From: an uncultured Candidatus Entotheonella sp.
GTDB lineage: Bacteria > Tectomicrobia > Entotheonellia > Entotheonellales > Entotheonellaceae
Direction of reading: 5' to 3'
Length of the DNA: 64,000 bases
Assembly (NCBI GenBank): GCA_965215335.1
Contig: CBDCDA010000001.1
Location: forward strand, 640,001-704,000
The position numbers and the translations under genes were made by a program. Below, piece by piece: positions 19,956-31,600 of this stretch. How positions within the stretch are numbered: the stretch's first letter is position 1; every line of letters begins with the position of its first letter. The notes under the pieces are model-generated. The model made no database searches and had not been told where the DNA came from. It was given only the letters and a program-made list of their open reading frames with translations.

Positions 19956-20282
19956 GTTCCCACCTCTGAGGAAATCAATATCCCTTGATTTCCTTCTGCT
20001 TTGAGGAAACGCCCAAGATGGGCAACGTAGAGAATCCGCCCAGCCCTGTCAATTTGCCGCGACGCAGCTGAATTCCTGATCTCCCACGACCCCGGAAGCG
20101 ACCGGGAACAACCCCCTTTCCGGAACGCTCCCGCGGCATTTGCGCCCCCAAAGGCGCTCTGCTATTCTAGCCTTCCGAAGCCAACGCCCGCTCTGTGACA
20201 ATTGCAAAATTCCGTTTGCCCGACCCTGGTCCCAGGCGCGAGATATTGTCCTCTTTGGTGTGAACATGAAGGAGATATCTCA

Positions 20283-21044
20283 ATGAATCGTCCTTTCATT
20301 CACGGGATCAACTTCGAGGAACGTCTACGCACCAAACTTGAAGCGTTGGGATGCCGTATCTACTACGATCAGACGTACGATCACCAGTACAAGCTCGACT
20401 TCATCGTGAACGGCTTTCGAGATGTGGCACGGCTACCGGAGCATATCGGCATACAAATCACGGCCAATAAAGACGATGTGACAAAGCAGCGTGACTTCGT
20501 TTACGTTCAGAAGAAAAACATCATCGTTCCCAAAGCGGTGTATTTGGAAGCCGACCCTACGGCTGACATTGAACAGGGTGCCGCCACGCTGGTCTATGCC
20601 GCACTCTTGACGCTGGTGTTCAATCGTGCTTACAAGTATCGTCGCGTCGTCGGTTTACGGCTGACCCGCAACTTCTCTTTCGAGTTCTTCGATCTCGAAG
20701 AGAATATCCGGCGCTTGCAAGACATGGAAAAGACCATCAAATCTCCGCGAGCCGTCACGCTCAGCGAAGAGCTGTTGCAGGGGAAAATCATCAACTTCAA
20801 TAAAGAAAAGGGGTATGGGTTTATTGAATGTGAGAGTCGGCCGAACAACGTCTTCTTTCACATCAGGAACGACGTTGGTGAAGAAGTCCTGACACGGATA
20901 GAAGCCGTCCAAGAAGAGTCAACGGGCTGGCGGCAGCTGGACATTCCGGTATCGTTCCGGGAAAAATCAGTCATTCGGTTTGGGGAAGACAAACCTGCCG
21001 CTTTCGATATCAAGCTGTTCTCCCAGACGCCTACGGGCATTTAG
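20283..21044 (+). CDS. Cold-shock-domain protein with an N-terminal PD-(D/E)xK-like domain
   Basis: GAAGGAG ribosome-binding site; C-terminal GKIINFNKEKGYGFI...VFFHI; N-terminal FEE...KLDFIV...IGIQIT. Confidence 0.75.
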   Translation: MNRPFIHGINFEERLRTKLEALGCRIYYDQTYDHQYKLDFIVNGFRDVARLPEHIGIQITANKDDVTKQRDFVYVQKKNIIVPKAVYLEADPTADIEQGAATLVYAALLTLVFNRAYKYRRVVGLRLTRNFSFEFFDLEENIRRLQDMEKTIKSPRAVTLSEELLQGKIINFNKEKGYGFIECESRPNNVFFHIRNDVGEEVLTRIEAVQEESTGWRQLDIPVSFREKSVIRFGEDKPAAFDIKLFSQTPTGI

Positions 21045-21166
21045 CCTCTCACCCAGTCTACCGAAGAGCCTATCTCCTCTCACGGATCAGTGCAGCGCAA
21101 ACGAAACCACGATTCCGTCAGACGCCGGCGTTACGCGCCGCAAGCCGAATCCCTGTTCCTCACTCC

Positions 21167-22306
21167 TCACGGTAACGCCTGGAGGGTTACCGGCATGCTG
21201 CGGCGCTGGGCGTTGCGGATGAAGGTCACCTGCACGGTGTCGCCCACCTCGAACGCCGCCAGCGCGTCGTGGAGATCGTTCAGGGATGCTACCGGGTGCG
21301 TCTCCACGCTCACGATGACGTCGCCCAGGACCAACCTGCCCTGCGCGTTGCGTCCCGTGCCCCGCAGCCCGGCGGCCGCCGCGGCACCGGCCTCGATTAC
21401 GTCGAGCACCAGAACGCCGGGCAAGCCGAGCCGCCGCGCCGCGTCGTCATCGGCAAAGCGTGCGCCAAGACCCGGACGCACGACCCTGCCGTGACGCAAC
21501 AACTGCGGCACGACGCGATTGACGGTATCCACCGGTACCGCGAAACCGATCCCGGCGCTGGAACCCGACGGGCTGTAGATCGCCGTGTTGACGCCGATCA
21601 GCCGGCTGGCGCTGTCCAGCAGCGGACCGCCCGAATTGCCCGGATTGATCGCCGCGTCCGTCTGAATGACGCCCGTGATCGTCCGTCCCGTAACCGAGGT
21701 GATCTCCCGTCCCAGCGCGCTGATGATGCCCGTTGTCAGCGTTTGATCCAGCCCGAACGGATTGCCGATGGCGAACACTTTCTGCCCGACCTGCAGACCG
21801 GTGGAGGTGCCGATCGCGATCGGCCGAAGGCGGCGGCTCGGCGCGTTGATGTACAGCATGGCAAGGTCCTGGTCAGGCGCCACTCCGGCCAGACGGGCCT
21901 CCCACGTCGTGTGGTCTGCCAGGGTCACCCGGGCCGCGCTGGCGCCTTGAATGACGTGAAAATTCGTAATGACGTGGCCCTCGTCGTCCCACACGAACCC
22001 CGACCCCGTACCCTGCGGAATTTCGAACATGTTGAGGCTGTAACGGCCCGTCCGCAGCGCCACCGTGGTGATGTAGACGACGGACGGTGAAGCGTTGCGG
22101 AACAGTTCAATCGTGGTCTGCTCGTCCTGGGCCAGTTCGCCTCGCGGCGTGATGGCCCGCGGCACCGCGTCGGGGTCGTACACGCCGAGGTCGAAGCGGT
22201 TCACGAACAGCCAGACGAGTGCCAGGAGGAGAAGCCCCAAGGCCCACAGGCGCCAGCGCCTGATGGACTCGTATGAGGAACGTTGCGGGTCGTCAGCGGG
22301 GTGCAT
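21167..22306 (-). CDS. Trypsin-like serine protease with PDZ domain (HtrA/Deg family)
   Basis: TNFHVI, DLAML, GNPFG and IQTDAAINPGNSGGPL motifs. Confidence 0.95.
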   Translation of the reverse strand: MHPADDPQRSSYESIRRWRLWALGLLLLALVWLFVNRFDLGVYDPDAVPRAITPRGELAQDEQTTIELFRNASPSVVYITTVALRTGRYSLNMFEIPQGTGSGFVWDDEGHVITNFHVIQGASAARVTLADHTTWEARLAGVAPDQDLAMLYINAPSRRLRPIAIGTSTGLQVGQKVFAIGNPFGLDQTLTTGIISALGREITSVTGRTITGVIQTDAAINPGNSGGPLLDSASRLIGVNTAIYSPSGSSAGIGFAVPVDTVNRVVPQLLRHGRVVRPGLGARFADDDAARRLGLPGVLVLDVIEAGAAAAAGLRGTGRNAQGRLVLGDVIVSVETHPVASLNDLHDALAAFEVGDTVQVTFIRNAQRRSMPVTLQALP

Positions 22307-22398
22307 GGTTTTTCGTCTCCAGGAACAGATAGCGGATGGGACATTCTAGGAGCGCCGGAACGCCTGAGGCAAACGTGCATGATACAGAGGAAACAGCC

Positions 22399-23127
22399 AT
22401 GAACGACAGCAATCCCAACCCCCAACAACTGCTGAAAAGCGCCGTCGGACAGGCCGCCGCTGCCCGCGTGGCCTCCGGCAGTGTGGTGGGACTCGGCACC
22501 GGCTCCACCGCGGCGTTCGCCATCGAGCACCTCGGCCGGCGCCTGCGGGCAGGCGACCTCACGGACGTTCGCGGCGTTCCCACGTCCTTCGACGCCGCCA
22601 GCCTGGCAAGACGCAGCGGCATTCCCCTCATCACCCTGGACGATGCGCCCCGCATCCACGTCGCCATCGACGGCGCCGACGAGGTGAACCCGGATTTGGC
22701 GCTGATCAAAGGGGGCGGCGCGGCCCACACCCAGGAAAAAATCGTCGACGCCCACGCCGACCTGTTCATCGTCATCGTCGATGACAGGAAGCTGGTGCAA
22801 CGCCTCGGTTCGACGTTCGCCGTGCCCGTCGAGCTGTTGCCGATGGCCGTCGTACCCGTCACGTGTGCCATCGAGCGCCTGGGCGGGCGTCCACGACTTC
22901 GGATGGGCGCGAAGAAAATCGGCCCCCTGATTACCGACCAGGGCAACATGCTGCTGGACGTCACCTTCGATGCCATCGACGACCCGGCGCACCTCGAACG
23001 GACCTTGAACAACATTCCCGGCGTCGTCGAAAACGGCCTGTTCGCGGGCCTCGCCGACCTGGTGCTGGTGGGCGAGATCATCGACGGCAAGCCGCACGTC
23101 CGGGAGCTGTCGCGCCCCGCGGCATGA
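22399..23127 (+). CDS. rpiA: Ribose-5-phosphate isomerase A
   Basis: GLGTGST, DGADEV, KGGG and PGVVENGLF motifs. Confidence 0.97.
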   Translation: MNDSNPNPQQLLKSAVGQAAAARVASGSVVGLGTGSTAAFAIEHLGRRLRAGDLTDVRGVPTSFDAASLARRSGIPLITLDDAPRIHVAIDGADEVNPDLALIKGGGAAHTQEKIVDAHADLFIVIVDDRKLVQRLGSTFAVPVELLPMAVVPVTCAIERLGGRPRLRMGAKKIGPLITDQGNMLLDVTFDAIDDPAHLERTLNNIPGVVENGLFAGLADLVLVGEIIDGKPHVRELSRPAA

Positions 23128-23194
23128 ACGGCCCGGCGCCGTTTGCGACACTCCGGCCAACCCGTTACAATGGCTGCCTTTTCAGGAGGACCGC

Positions 23195-24145
23195 ATGGCA
23201 AGCATCAAGATGGGCATTGGCTTGGGCCTGTGGCATCGCGGCATGCCGGATGCCGCGACACTGTTCGAATACGTCGACAAGGCCGAGGCTTGGGGTGTCG
23301 ATTCCGTCTGGCTCAGCGACCACATGACGGGAAGCCGCGAAGAGGTGGCCATCGTTCCCATGATGGCGGCGATCGCGGCCCGTACCCGGCGCCTCAAATT
23401 CGGCCCCAGCGTCATGATGCTGCCTCTCCGCCACCCCATCGCGGTGGCCCGTGAGGTGGCGACGCTGGCTTACCTGTCGAACGGACGCATGATCATGGCC
23501 GCCGGGCTCGGCGCCGACAAGCAGGAAGCCGAGGCGTTCAAGGTGCCGCTCAAGTCGCGCGGCGGCATGACCGACGAAAGCCTCGCCATCCTGCGCCGCC
23601 TGTGGCGGGAAACCGACGTCACCCACCGCGGCAAGCACTACCAGTTCGAACACGTGACGATTACCCCGCGTCCGGCACGGAAGATCGACATCTGGATCGG
23701 CGGGCGCAGCGACGCCGCGCTCAAACGGGTGGCGCGCGTCGGCGACGGCTGGTTCGCTTCCTTCGTTACGCCACAGGAGTTCGCTGCGGGCATCGAAAAG
23801 ATCGGCACCTTTGCACAGGAATACGGGCGACAGACCGAGGACATCGAGTCCGGCAGCATCGTCTTTTGCCACGTCGGCCCCGATGGCGACAAGGCCCGAC
23901 GGGACTTCGCCGCCTTTTTTGCCGGCAACCCCCGCCGGCCGCCGGAGATGATGCTCGAACGCAGCGCCGTGGGAACGCCCGCTGAATGCCGCGAGATCCT
24001 GCAACGGTATTGCGAGCACGGTCTGACCAAGTACGCCCTGTGGCCGGCCTGCCCGCCCGACCAGATCATCCGGCAACTGGCCTTCTACGTGCAAGACATC
24101 ATGCCCGGTTTCGAGTGCCGTAACGCGCCCGTCGCGGCACCGTAA
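23195..24145 (+). CDS. LLM-class flavin-dependent oxidoreductase
   Basis: DSVWLSDH, PLRHP, LSNGR and IWIGG..DAALKRVARVGDGW motifs. Confidence 0.9.
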   Translation: MASIKMGIGLGLWHRGMPDAATLFEYVDKAEAWGVDSVWLSDHMTGSREEVAIVPMMAAIAARTRRLKFGPSVMMLPLRHPIAVAREVATLAYLSNGRMIMAAGLGADKQEAEAFKVPLKSRGGMTDESLAILRRLWRETDVTHRGKHYQFEHVTITPRPARKIDIWIGGRSDAALKRVARVGDGWFASFVTPQEFAAGIEKIGTFAQEYGRQTEDIESGSIVFCHVGPDGDKARRDFAAFFAGNPRRPPEMMLERSAVGTPAECREILQRYCEHGLTKYALWPACPPDQIIRQLAFYVQDIMPGFECRNAPVAAP

Positions 24146-24175
24146 GCGCCGAACCGTCCGCCGCCGAAGGTACGC

Positions 24176-25129
24176 ATGCGCCCCTGCAACTCTCCCCAAT
24201 GGCCGTGGCCCCCTGGCCCGGCCTGGAACGCTCCGGCACACGACTGGATGGCCGTTCCTCCAATGGCCGCAACGATACCCTGCCGCCGGTCCTGCGTCCT
24301 GCACGTGCTGCTGTTTTTTGCCACCCTGGTCACGACCGTCCTGGCGGGGATGGTCTGGGAGGGCCTCGATCCGCTGGCGCGCCCCGACCTCTTCTACCGT
24401 GGCCTGCCGTACGCCGCCACGCTCATGGCCATCCTCCTGTGCCACGAAATGGGGCATTACCTGACGGCGCGCTATTACGGCATGGACGTGACCTTGCCGT
24501 ACTTCATCCCCTCGCCGATTCCGCCGGTGGGCACCTTCGGCGCCTTCATCCGCATGAAATCGCCGCCGCTCAACCGGCGCGCCTTGCTCTACGTCGCCGC
24601 CGCCGGGCCGATTGCCGGCTTCTGCGTGGCGCTGCCCGCCATGCTCTACGGCTATGCGACGTCCGAGGTGGTCACGAATTCGCAGGCGGGATTCGGTTTC
24701 AGGCTGGGCGAGCCGCTGTTGCTGCAGATGATCAGCCAGGCCGTGGTCGGCTCGCTGCCGCCGGAGACTACCCTGAGCCTCAACAGCGTCGGCATGGCCG
24801 CCTGGTTCGGCATCCTGGTGACGATGTTCAATCTGCTCCCCATGGGCCAGCTCGACGGTGGGCACATCGTCTACGCCTTTGTGGGGACGCGCGCTCGTTA
24901 CGTCACCTGGGCACTTGTTGCCGCGCTCGCAGCCATGGGCCTTCTGGTGTGGGAAGGCTGGTTCGTCTGGGCGTTCATCGGCTTGTTCGTCAGCCGCCGC
25001 CATCCGACGCTCATAGACCCCTGCGCGTCCCTCGACCGCCGCAGCCGGGCCGTTGCCGGCCTCGCCTTCGCCATCTTCATCCTGTGCTTCATGCCGCTGC
25101 CGATTCAGCTTGTCTCCTTCGGGCCGTAA
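24176..25129 (+). CDS. Site-2 protease (M50); start uncertain
   Basis: HEMGH, AAAGP and NLLPMGQLDGGH motifs; multiple transmembrane segments. Confidence 0.92.
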   Translation: MRPCNSPQWPWPPGPAWNAPAHDWMAVPPMAATIPCRRSCVLHVLLFFATLVTTVLAGMVWEGLDPLARPDLFYRGLPYAATLMAILLCHEMGHYLTARYYGMDVTLPYFIPSPIPPVGTFGAFIRMKSPPLNRRALLYVAAAGPIAGFCVALPAMLYGYATSEVVTNSQAGFGFRLGEPLLLQMISQAVVGSLPPETTLSLNSVGMAAWFGILVTMFNLLPMGQLDGGHIVYAFVGTRARYVTWALVAALAAMGLLVWEGWFVWAFIGLFVSRRHPTLIDPCASLDRRSRAVAGLAFAIFILCFMPLPIQLVSFGP

Positions 25130-26679
25130 CCCCCGCCGCCGGGCGTGGCAATCGTCAGCCGGTCCCCCGGCCGTACCCGCCGGCTGAACTTCGACGGCAA
25201 CTTTTTTCGCCGCTCGTCGTGCCGCAGAACCGTCTCGCCGCTCTTGCCCGGCTCGCCGCCCGCCAACCCGTAGGGACGGCTCTTGCGCCGGTCCGACAGC
25301 AGCGTCACCTGCGCCTCGGCGAGGAATTCCACCTCCCGGACAATCCCGTCGCCGCCCGCGAAGCGCCCCTTGCCGCCCGAATTGCGGCGGATGGCGTAGC
25401 GCGTGATGCGGAACGGGAAGGCATGTTCCAGTGCCTCGACCGGCGTGTTCAGCGTGTTGGTCATGTGCGCGTGCGTGGCGTGCAGGCCGGGCAGGCCGGG
25501 ACGCCCACCGGTGCCACCGGCAATCGTCTCGTAGTAGGTATACGGCCCTTCCTTGCGGGTGTCGTATCCCCCGATGGTGATGTTGTTCATGGTGCCGCTG
25601 CACGCCGCCGCGACGCGCGCCGGCAGCGCCTGCGACAGCGCCCCGAGCACCACGTCGACGATGCGCTGCGAGGTCTCGACGTTGCCGCCCGCCACGGCGC
25701 TGGGAAAGGTGCAATGGACCACGGTACCCTCGTCGGCCGCGATCCGTATGGGCACCATGCAGCCGTGGTTGAAGGGAAACTGCTGCGCCGCCAGCGTGCG
25801 AATGCAGTAATACACTGCCGACATGGTGACCGCCCAGTTGGCGTTCACGCTGCCGCGCACCTGGGCGTCGGTGCCGTCGAAATCGACCTCCACCTCCGTG
25901 TCGCTCACCCGCACGGTCACCCGGATGCGCACCGGCTCCAGCTCGATGCCGTCATCGTCCATCACGTCTTCAAAACGGTAGTCGCCATCGGGAATCGCGT
26001 CGATCACATGCCGCGTCATGCGTTCCGAGTAGTTCAGCAACTCGTCGCAGTAATGCAGCACCTCCGGCAGCCCGTACTTGTCGATGACCTCCTGCAGCCG
26101 CCGCTCGCCGGTGCGGTTGGCGGCGATCTGGGCCGTCAGGTCGCCCTCGCGCTCGCGCGGCGTGCGCACGTTGGCCAGGATCAGGCGCAGCAGGTCCTGC
26201 TGCACGCGCCCGTCCGCCATGATCCTGACCGGCGGAATGCGGATGCCTTCCTGGAACACCTCGGTCGACAGCGGCATCGAGCCGGGCGTCATGCCCCCCA
26301 CGTCGGCGTGGTGGGCGCGATTGGCCGCGAAGAAGGACGGCCGCTGGGCGCTGCCGACAAAAATGGGCGTCACCAGCGTGATGTCCGGCAGATGGGTGCC
26401 GCCGCCGTACGGATCGTTCACCAGCACGCCGTCGCCGGGCGCCATGTCCACGTGTTCGAGGGCGTGCAGCACGGACATCGGCATGGCGCCCAGATGCACC
26501 GGGATGTGCTCGGCCTGCGCGATCATGCGGCCCTCGCCGTCGAACAGTGCGCACGAAAAATCCTTGCGCTCCTTGATGTTGGGCGAGAACGCCGTGCGAC
26601 ACAGCGTCACGCCCATTTCCTCGGCAATGCCGCTGAGCAGGTTCTTGAACACTTCCAGGCGAATGGGGTCGTAAGCCAT
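25105..26679 (-). CDS. Hydantoinase B / 5-oxoprolinase subunit
   Basis: FSPNIKERKDFSCA, HIPVH, NDPYGGGTHLPD and TPGGGGYG motifs. Confidence 0.93.
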   Translation of the reverse strand: MAYDPIRLEVFKNLLSGIAEEMGVTLCRTAFSPNIKERKDFSCALFDGEGRMIAQAEHIPVHLGAMPMSVLHALEHVDMAPGDGVLVNDPYGGGTHLPDITLVTPIFVGSAQRPSFFAANRAHHADVGGMTPGSMPLSTEVFQEGIRIPPVRIMADGRVQQDLLRLILANVRTPREREGDLTAQIAANRTGERRLQEVIDKYGLPEVLHYCDELLNYSERMTRHVIDAIPDGDYRFEDVMDDDGIELEPVRIRVTVRVSDTEVEVDFDGTDAQVRGSVNANWAVTMSAVYYCIRTLAAQQFPFNHGCMVPIRIAADEGTVVHCTFPSAVAGGNVETSQRIVDVVLGALSQALPARVAAACSGTMNNITIGGYDTRKEGPYTYYETIAGGTGGRPGLPGLHATHAHMTNTLNTPVEALEHAFPFRITRYAIRRNSGGKGRFAGGDGIVREVEFLAEAQVTLLSDRRKSRPYGLAGGEPGKSGETVLRHDERRKKLPSKFSRRVRPGDRLTIATPGGGGYGPKETS

Positions 26680-26705
26680 GCGTACCTCCATTGGGCGTGC
26701 TGGTT

Positions 26706-28679
26706 TTACCGCCGCTGCAGCACCAGGTTGCAGTAATTGTCGATGCGCACCGTGAAATCATCCGGCACCACGGTGGTGGCGCTGTATTCGGTGATCAGCG
26801 CCGGCCCGGCCAGCACCTGGCCGGGCTGCAGGCGCTGGCGGTCGTAAACCGGGGTTTGCAGCCACCCCCCTTCGCCCCACATGGACACCGTGTCGATGTG
26901 CGCGTCACCGCCGTCGCTGCCGTCCGCCACCCGCAGTGGGCGATGCGCCACGCCGGCCGGCCCCACCACCCGGATGCGCACGTTGACGACCTGCGTCGCC
27001 CGCGCGCTATCGGCGTAGCCATAACGGCTCTCGTGCCGCCGGTGAAACTCGTCGCTGCAGCGGTCGCTCCACGGCACCACCAGCTCGAACGACTGCCCCG
27101 CGTAGCACATGTCAACGAAACGACTGATCTCGATGGCCTGCGGCGCCACCCCTTCCGCCCGCATCGTCTCCCGACCGCGCGCCTCCAGTTCCTCGAACGC
27201 CGCCGCCGCCCGCTCGCGCGTCAGCGCCGCCGCCGGGACCAGCAGGGTCTGGGCGTATTCCTGCACGTAATCGGACACCAGCATGCCGTAGGCCGACAGG
27301 ATGCCGGGATGCGCCGGCACCAGCACCGTGGGGATGGACAAGCGCCGCGCCAGATCGGCCGCGTGCATGCCGCCGGCGCCGCCGAACGACACCAGGGCAA
27401 ACTCGCGCGGGTCGTGGCCGCGCTCCACCGAGATGACGCGGATGGCGCCTTCCATGTTGGCGTTCACCACCTCCAGGATGCCCTGGCACAGCACCTCCGG
27501 GCTCAGGCCGGCGCGCGCCGCGAAGTCCGCCACCGCCGCACGGGTGCGCGGCGCGTCCAGCCGCATGCCGCCGCCCAGGAATCCGTCCGGGTGCAGGCGG
27601 CCCAGGTACAGGTTGGCGTCGGTGACGGTCAGCCCCGAGCCTTTCCCGTAACACACCGGCCCCGGGTCGGCGCCCGCGCTCCGCGGGCCGACCTGGAGCG
27701 CGCCGCCCGGATCGATGGCGGCCAGCGAGCCGCCGCCCGCCCCCACCGTGTGGATGTCCAGCACCGGCACCTTGACCGGGCAGCCCGCCACGATCGTCTC
27801 CGTGGTCGTGCGTGGTTGCTCCTCGCACAGCGACACGTCCGTGGACGTGCCACCCATGTCGAAGGTGATGACGCGGGAATAGCCGACCTCGCGGGCGCTG
27901 CGAAACGCCCCCACAACGCCGCCCGCCGGGCCGGACAACACCGTGTGCACGGCTTCCTGGTGCGCCCGCGCCGCCGACATCACTCCGCCGTTGGAGCGCA
28001 TCACCCGCAGCCTGGCGCCTTGCAGCGCTTCGGACAGGCTGCGCAGGTAACGCTGCATTACCGGGCGCAGATAGGCGTTCACCACCGTGGTGCTGCAGCG
28101 CTCGTACTCGCGGAACTCCGGCAGCACCTGATGCGACACCGACACCGGAATGCCGAGCCGCCGCGCCGCCTGCATGATGGCCGCCTCGTGCACCGGGTTG
28201 GCGTAGGCGTGCAGCAGGCAGACGGCCAGCGACTGCGCCCCGGAACGCCGCACGCGCTCGACAACCCGCTCGATCTCCAACGGCGCCAGAGGCTCCAGCA
28301 CCTCACCGTCGTAGGCCAGGCGTTCGGCGATGCCGAACCGCATGCGCGCCGGCACCAGCGGCGGCAGCTTCTCCACGAACGGGTCGTACAGGTGCGGGCG
28401 CGTCTGCCGCCCGATTTCCAGCACGTCCTCGAATCCCCGCGTCGCCACCAGCGCCGTGCGGGCGCCCTGGCGCTCCAGCAGCGCATTGGTCGCCACGGTG
28501 GAGCCGTGCACCACCTCCACCCCGGCGAGGTCGGGACACAGGTGCTCCAGCCCCGCCAGTACCGCCTGCGCCGGGTCGTCAGGCGTGGACAGAACCTTGT
28601 GAATCACCGGCGCGCCGTCCTTGATACGGATGAAATCGCTGAACGTGCCGCCGGTATCAACGCCAATATGACTAACCAT
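26706..28679 (-). CDS. Hydantoinase A / 5-oxoprolinase subunit
   Basis: [24 protein letters not shown] and GAGGGS motifs. Confidence 0.93.
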   Translation of the reverse strand: MVSHIGVDTGGTFSDFIRIKDGAPVIHKVLSTPDDPAQAVLAGLEHLCPDLAGVEVVHGSTVATNALLERQGARTALVATRGFEDVLEIGRQTRPHLYDPFVEKLPPLVPARMRFGIAERLAYDGEVLEPLAPLEIERVVERVRRSGAQSLAVCLLHAYANPVHEAAIMQAARRLGIPVSVSHQVLPEFREYERCSTTVVNAYLRPVMQRYLRSLSEALQGARLRVMRSNGGVMSAARAHQEAVHTVLSGPAGGVVGAFRSAREVGYSRVITFDMGGTSTDVSLCEEQPRTTTETIVAGCPVKVPVLDIHTVGAGGGSLAAIDPGGALQVGPRSAGADPGPVCYGKGSGLTVTDANLYLGRLHPDGFLGGGMRLDAPRTRAAVADFAARAGLSPEVLCQGILEVVNANMEGAIRVISVERGHDPREFALVSFGGAGGMHAADLARRLSIPTVLVPAHPGILSAYGMLVSDYVQEYAQTLLVPAAALTRERAAAAFEELEARGRETMRAEGVAPQAIEISRFVDMCYAGQSFELVVPWSDRCSDEFHRRHESRYGYADSARATQVVNVRIRVVGPAGVAHRPLRVADGSDGGDAHIDTVSMWGEGGWLQTPVYDRQRLQPGQVLAGPALITEYSATTVVPDDFTVRIDNYCNLVLQRR

Positions 28680-31600
28680 TTATGCTGACTCCGTTGCGAT
28701 CGTCCTCACGTTTTCCGTCCAGAACGTCGACGACCTCGGCGACAACCTGCAATTGTCCCTCGTCCGCGCCGGTCAGAACGATTGGCGCGAAGTCCCTGTT
28801 GACCGGTTTGAGCGTAATCCTGGCATGGCGCCAGGCGTCCCCATCGCTCGCCTTTTCGCTCTGGTAACGCTTGACGGTGTAACGCTGGCCGCTCTCCGGG
28901 TCGGTGCCGTCGCGCATCTGCACGAGCACCGTCTTCCCCTGGCGCGTGCCCGCCACGGGCGCGGCGAAGAGACAGTACGCGCCGTCAGGGATACGCGGCT
29001 CCATGGACCTGCCGACCACCTGGGCGACGAACATGCCGCGACGGAGGCGGCGTGTGGTGTCGACGGCTACCCACGCAAAGCCATCGTCGTCGAGGTGCTG
29101 GGAGTCGCTGAAGGCGCCAGCGGCGGCTTTGAGCGGCACGAGGGGCACACAGGTGACGTAGCGCTCCTCTGGCCGGGGCTCGACGACGCGCAGGCGGGGC
29201 GGCAGCGCGTCGCGCGCCGCCTGCCCCGGCCCTCGGCTGCCGGCGTCGCTCGTCAGGCGTCGATACGCTTCCGATGCCATCCGCTCCGTCACGGCGTTCT
29301 GAAAGGACGCGTCGTTCATGAAGCGGACGAAAATGCCCTCGTTCTGATCCATGCGCTCGACGAACAGATTCTCGAGCAACCCCTTGAACACCAACTCGAA
29401 CTTGTCTCCCGGGTTGACCGCCGCCGCCTGCCGCACCCCGTCGTCGGCCAGCGCCGCTGCGACGATCTGGTCGAAGAAAAGCTGGTCCGCCTGGTTGAAA
29501 TCCGTGCCGAAGCGCTCGTTCAGAGCGTCGACGAGTTGCGAGAGCGGCACCGCCTGCGGGCGCGCCATGCCGCTGCCGACCTCCGTTGGCCCGTCGAGCC
29601 GCCGTGCCTCGCCGCCTTGAAGCGCGATGGACCCCTCGCTGATCTTCTGCAGGCGGTAGTATTCGAGCCGCACCTCGTCATCGAACCGATACGCCGGCCC
29701 GCTCTTGCGGCGCGGCAGCTTTGCCGCGAGATGGCGGAGGAACACGTACAGCCGCTCGAGATCCGAGTCCTGGTACGGGATCACCTGGCTCAGGAACGCA
29801 TACAGGTTCAAGAACGCCTGCAGCTTGCCGCGCCAGTCTTCCGCCTCTTCCTCGTTCTCGTCCCGGCGGGCCGCGAAGCGCGCTACGGCCGGATCGATGG
29901 CGGCGTTCATGGTGCGGTGATCCGCGGCACTCTGCCGCTGCTTCGGTGCAAAATAGACACCGCAGAACCGCTCGACCTCCTCGCCCAGGTAAACGCCTGA
30001 AGCGTCCAGTTCGCCCTTGACCGCGTACATGCGGGCGGGGTCCACTTCCTCACCCATGGCGGCGCCTTCGTAATAGGTCTTGAAGGCTTCCTGAATCTCC
30101 TCCCGGTCGTTGACGAAGTCGAGCACGAAGGTGTCTTCCTTGCGTGGATGAACCCGGTTCAGCCGTGACAGCGTCTGCACGGCCTGAATGCCCGCCAGCC
30201 GCTTGTCCACGTACATCGTGTGCAGGAGCGGTTGATCGAACCCGGTCTGGTACTTCTCCGCGACGAGCAGCACCTGATACGCCGGCGTCGCGAACTTCTC
30301 CGGCAACTCCTTCTCGGGGAGGCCGTGATTCATGCCCGGCTCGGTATGGGTGACGCCGGCGAGCTCGTCGTCCGCCACCGTGCCCGAGAAGGCCACCAGC
30401 GACCTGATGGCGTACCCCTTCTCGCGAATGTAGCGATCGAAGCCCTGCTTGTAGCGCACCGCTTCGAGACGCGACCCCGTCACCACCATCGCCTTGGCGC
30501 GGCCGCCGATCTTGTGCCGGGTGACCGCCTCGAAATGTTCGACCATCACCTCGGTTTTCTGCGCCACGTTGTGCGGGTGCAGCCTCATGAACCGCGCCAG
30601 CGCCCGCGCCGCCTTCTTGCGCTCGACGTTGGGATCGTCGTCGCACGCCTTGAGCAGGTTGAAGTACGTCCTGTAGGTCGTGTAGAACTTCAGCACGTCG
30701 AGGATGAACCCTTCCTCGATCGCCTGGCGCATGGTGTAGCGGTGCACGGGCCGCCCATGGCGGCCGAACACGGCCAGCGTCTTGTGCTTGGGCGTGGCGG
30801 TGAAGGCGAAGAAGCTCAGGTTCGCCTGCCTGCCGCGCTTGGCCATGCTGCGGAACAACGCCTCCAGGTCTTCCCGGCCTTCCGCCGCCGCCCGCTGCCT
30901 GGCCGCTTCGCGCAGCGCCTCGCCGCCGAGCACTTCCTTGAGGTCGGTCGCCGTCTCGCCGCCCTGGGAGCTGTGGGCTTCATCGACGATCACGGCGCAA
31001 CGCCGGGTGGCGAGCGTACCCGTTCCGGTGGTGCCGCGTTCCTCGGCCAGCCTGAGCAGATGACGCGAGACGAACGGGAATTTTTGCAGGGTGGTAATGA
31101 TCACCGGAACCGCGTGATCGAGCGCTTCGGCGAGTTGTCGCGAGCTTTCGTCGATGCGCTGCACGACGCCGCGCTTGTGCTCGAACTGGTAGATGGTGTC
31201 CTGGAGCTGCTGGTCCAGCACGACGCGATCCGTCACCACGACCACGCTATCGAAGACGCGATCGTTGGCCGCGTCGTGCAGGGACGCGAGACGATGCGCC
31301 AGCCAGGCGATCGTGTTGCTCTTGCCGCTTCCCGCGGAATGCTCGACGAGGTAGTTGTTGCCCGCGCTCTCGCGGCGCGCGGCGTCCACCAGCGTGCGCA
31401 CCGCCTCGAGCTGGTGGTAGCGGGGAAAGATCATCGACTCGGTCCTGACCTTGCGGCCCTGGTCGTCGCGTTTCTCTGCGGTCTGCAAGTGAATGAAGCG
31501 GGCGAGGATGTCGAGCAGGCTGTCACGCCGCAGCACCTCTTCCCACAGGTAGGCGGTGCGGTAGGTACGGCCCGCCGGATCAGGCGGATTCCCGGCGGCG

